DNA of 63,473 nt, the filler included, from Chiloscyllium plagiosum (lineage: Eukaryota): NCBI RefSeq assembly GCF_004010195.1. It is 4 parts of one record of this genome, joined end to end, with 100 filler letters (N's around TTAATTAATTAA, not from the genome) between each part and the next. Parts side by side here need not be neighbours in the genome. Positions count along the whole stretch, not along the records: positions 51,468 to 63,473 come from NC_057713.1; 3 more parts are not named here. The stretch is one strand, 5' to 3'. A program made the translations under genes and the position numbers. Positions 61,738-63,473 of the stretch are shown in pieces (within the stretch, counting starts at the first letter, position 1; each line of letters starts with the position of its first letter). The notes beneath the pieces were generated by a model. The model had not been told where the DNA came from and ran no database searches. It saw nothing but the letters and a program-made list of their open reading frames with translations.

Positions 61738-61964
61738 AGGCGAAAGTGAGGACTGCCGATGCTGGAGATAAAAGCCAAGATTAGAGTGGTGCTGGAAAAG
61801 CACAGCAGGTCAGGCAGCATCCGAGGAGTAGGAAAGTTGACGATTCAGGCAGGAGCCCTTCATCAGGAATTCTGATGAATGTCTCCTGCCCGAAACCTCG
61901 ATTTTCCCACTCCTCGGATGCTGGCTGACCTGCTGTGCTTTTCCAGCACCACTCTAATCTTGAC
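61738..61964. mobile_element. Fold-back PLE mini-element, family A, with back-to-back hammerhead cores
   Basis: Centre ttcatcag-gaatt-ctgatgaa; arms of about 90 bp; 13-bp TSD tttggagtgacat / tttggaatgacat (61725-61737 and 61965-61977). Confidence 0.88.
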
Positions 61965-62544
61965 TTTGGAATGACATGTAGGTCAGACCAGGTAAGGATG
62001 GCAGATTTCCTCCTCTAAAAGGCATTAGTGAGCCACATTTGTTTTGCGTCAATTGACAGTGGCCACCATTTGATGAGTTTTTATTCTAATTGATTGAATT
62101 TAAACTCCGCCAGCTGCTGTGGAATAAATTGAACCCATGTCCCCAAAACATTAGCCTGGACCTCTGGATTATTAGTTCAGCAATATGAACATGATGGCAT
62201 TGTCTTGCTGGCTATTGTAGTTGTTGGTGCTGTTGATGATTTCTCCCTTCTCAGCTGAGGAAAAGTTGACTGTGTGCTCTGTTCCATTGTATTTCTTGAG
62301 CTGGTCTCCATCTCAGTGATTTATGAATTTGAAGTCATAACTTTTTCTGTGTTTCAAGTTTTTACGATTTGATCTTGTCCATGTACAATTTGTTCTTTCA
62401 ACAACTCATGATTGCTGAAGTGTTAACCTCCTTCTACCTGGACACCAATGAATTGTTGTCTTACTTTTACCTGGTCACTTGGATGGAGTATCTGGCCTGT
62501 CTGAACTGCCTTATACTTTCTTCCATTCAATAATGCTTGGATCC

Positions 62545-63473
62545 TGGGTAATCTAAGATGGAGGATGGGAAAAATTTCTGGCTGTAAGAGCTGCTCCTTT
62601 TTTTGAGGTATTTTAGGTGATGGAGGTGATTTCCTAGAATTCCAGGAGCAGCAATTACTGTTTTATATGCTGTTGCATTGTTTTGGAACTTTGGGGAAAA
62701 AAAAGTCAAAACAACAGCAGTTTAAAAGGGAGAAGAGCAGACAAAGGAAGCACATGGTGAGGACAGTGCAGGGGGAGAGAGAGAGAGAGAGAACCCGCAC
62801 AGTTACTGCCTTTGCTGTTTTTGAATTCATGTGTCGTTGGACATCGGAGTGCATCTGGGAAAACTAACAAGCAGTGAATTTCACAACTAATCTTGGAGGA
62901 ACCGGTTTGGGCGAAGTTCACAACACAGAATCAGCTAAGTTAATTGTTGTTTTAAGTCTGACCAAGAGAAAGGCTGTATTAGTGGGTTCTTTCTTGATTA
63001 TATGTTTTTGGAGATAAGCCATAGCTCTTAATTTAACCTGGTGCAGTGTTTTGTAGAGGAATAAGATGGTGTTATTTTCTGGGTCTGTAGATTATGAAGG
63101 AGCAAAAATAGCCTTTGCAGTGATATGTACTTCTTGTCAGATGTGGGAGTTTAAAGAGAGTTTAAGGGTGACTGTGGATTATATCTGCCATAAATGCTGT
63201 TGGATTCGAATCTGATCAGATCGAGTGGATTGGTTGGAGAGACAGATAGAAGCGATGAGGAAGTTGCAACAGCAACAGTATGTGATGGATGGCAGTTATA
63301 GGAAGGGGGGAAAGTCTCAGATACAGTCACATAGATGAGTTAACTCCAGGAAGGGTAAGAGAGATTGGCACCTAGGGCAGGAGTCTTTTATGGATCTACC
63401 CATTTCAAACAGGTATGTTGTTTTGGAAAATGTAGGAGGCGATGGATTCTCAGGGGAACGTAGCATGAACAGC
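62545..63473 (+). mobile_element. 5' end of a CR1 LINE (5' UTR and ORF1 zinc-finger region), running off the window
   Basis: Reverse-complement match to 27780-27960; ICTSCQMWEF...YICHKC near 63123-63197. Confidence 0.78.

Noticed and set aside
2348..61964. Recurrent palindromic repeats as a CRISPR array or DNA-transposon MITEs
   Set aside because: They are dispersed, have no spacers or cas genes, match the pLTRs attached to Penelope RT/GIY-YIG sequence in this window, have unequal arms, and carry long variable TSDs.

Overview
This is vertebrate genomic DNA. The repeat content (HE1-type V-SINEs, SacSINE/Deu-type SINEs, abundant CR1 LINEs, Penelope-like elements) points to a cartilaginous fish, probably a shark; this is an inference. 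The only host gene I can support is a complete four-exon UQCRB (complex III subunit 7, 111 aa) on the + strand, CDS 4133-4151, 10882-10953, 12169-12335 and 16208-16285, with a CpG-island promoter and AATAAA signals. Most of the rest is nested retroelements: CR1, Rex1/Babar, L1/Tx1 fragments, a Gypsy-type LTR element with a tRNA-Pro-like PBS, Penelope-like elements (PLEs), SINEs and one TA-flanked MITE. The most striking unexplained signal is a population of short non-coding PLE-derived inserts, many of them fold-back palindromes. They carry minimal type I hammerhead ribozyme motifs (CUGANGA-stem II-GAAA-palindromic stem III-UH) in at least four sequence families with covarying stems, often on both strands, and are flanked by 13-18 bp target-site duplications. 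Two inverted duplications of flanking DNA and a 62-bp templated insertion are also visible. Three 100-bp gaps contain an artificial TTAATTAATTAA spacer. I found no prokaryote-type system (CRISPR, operon). Repeat family names come from recognising motifs, not from database searches, and repeat boundaries are approximate unless a TSD is quoted.
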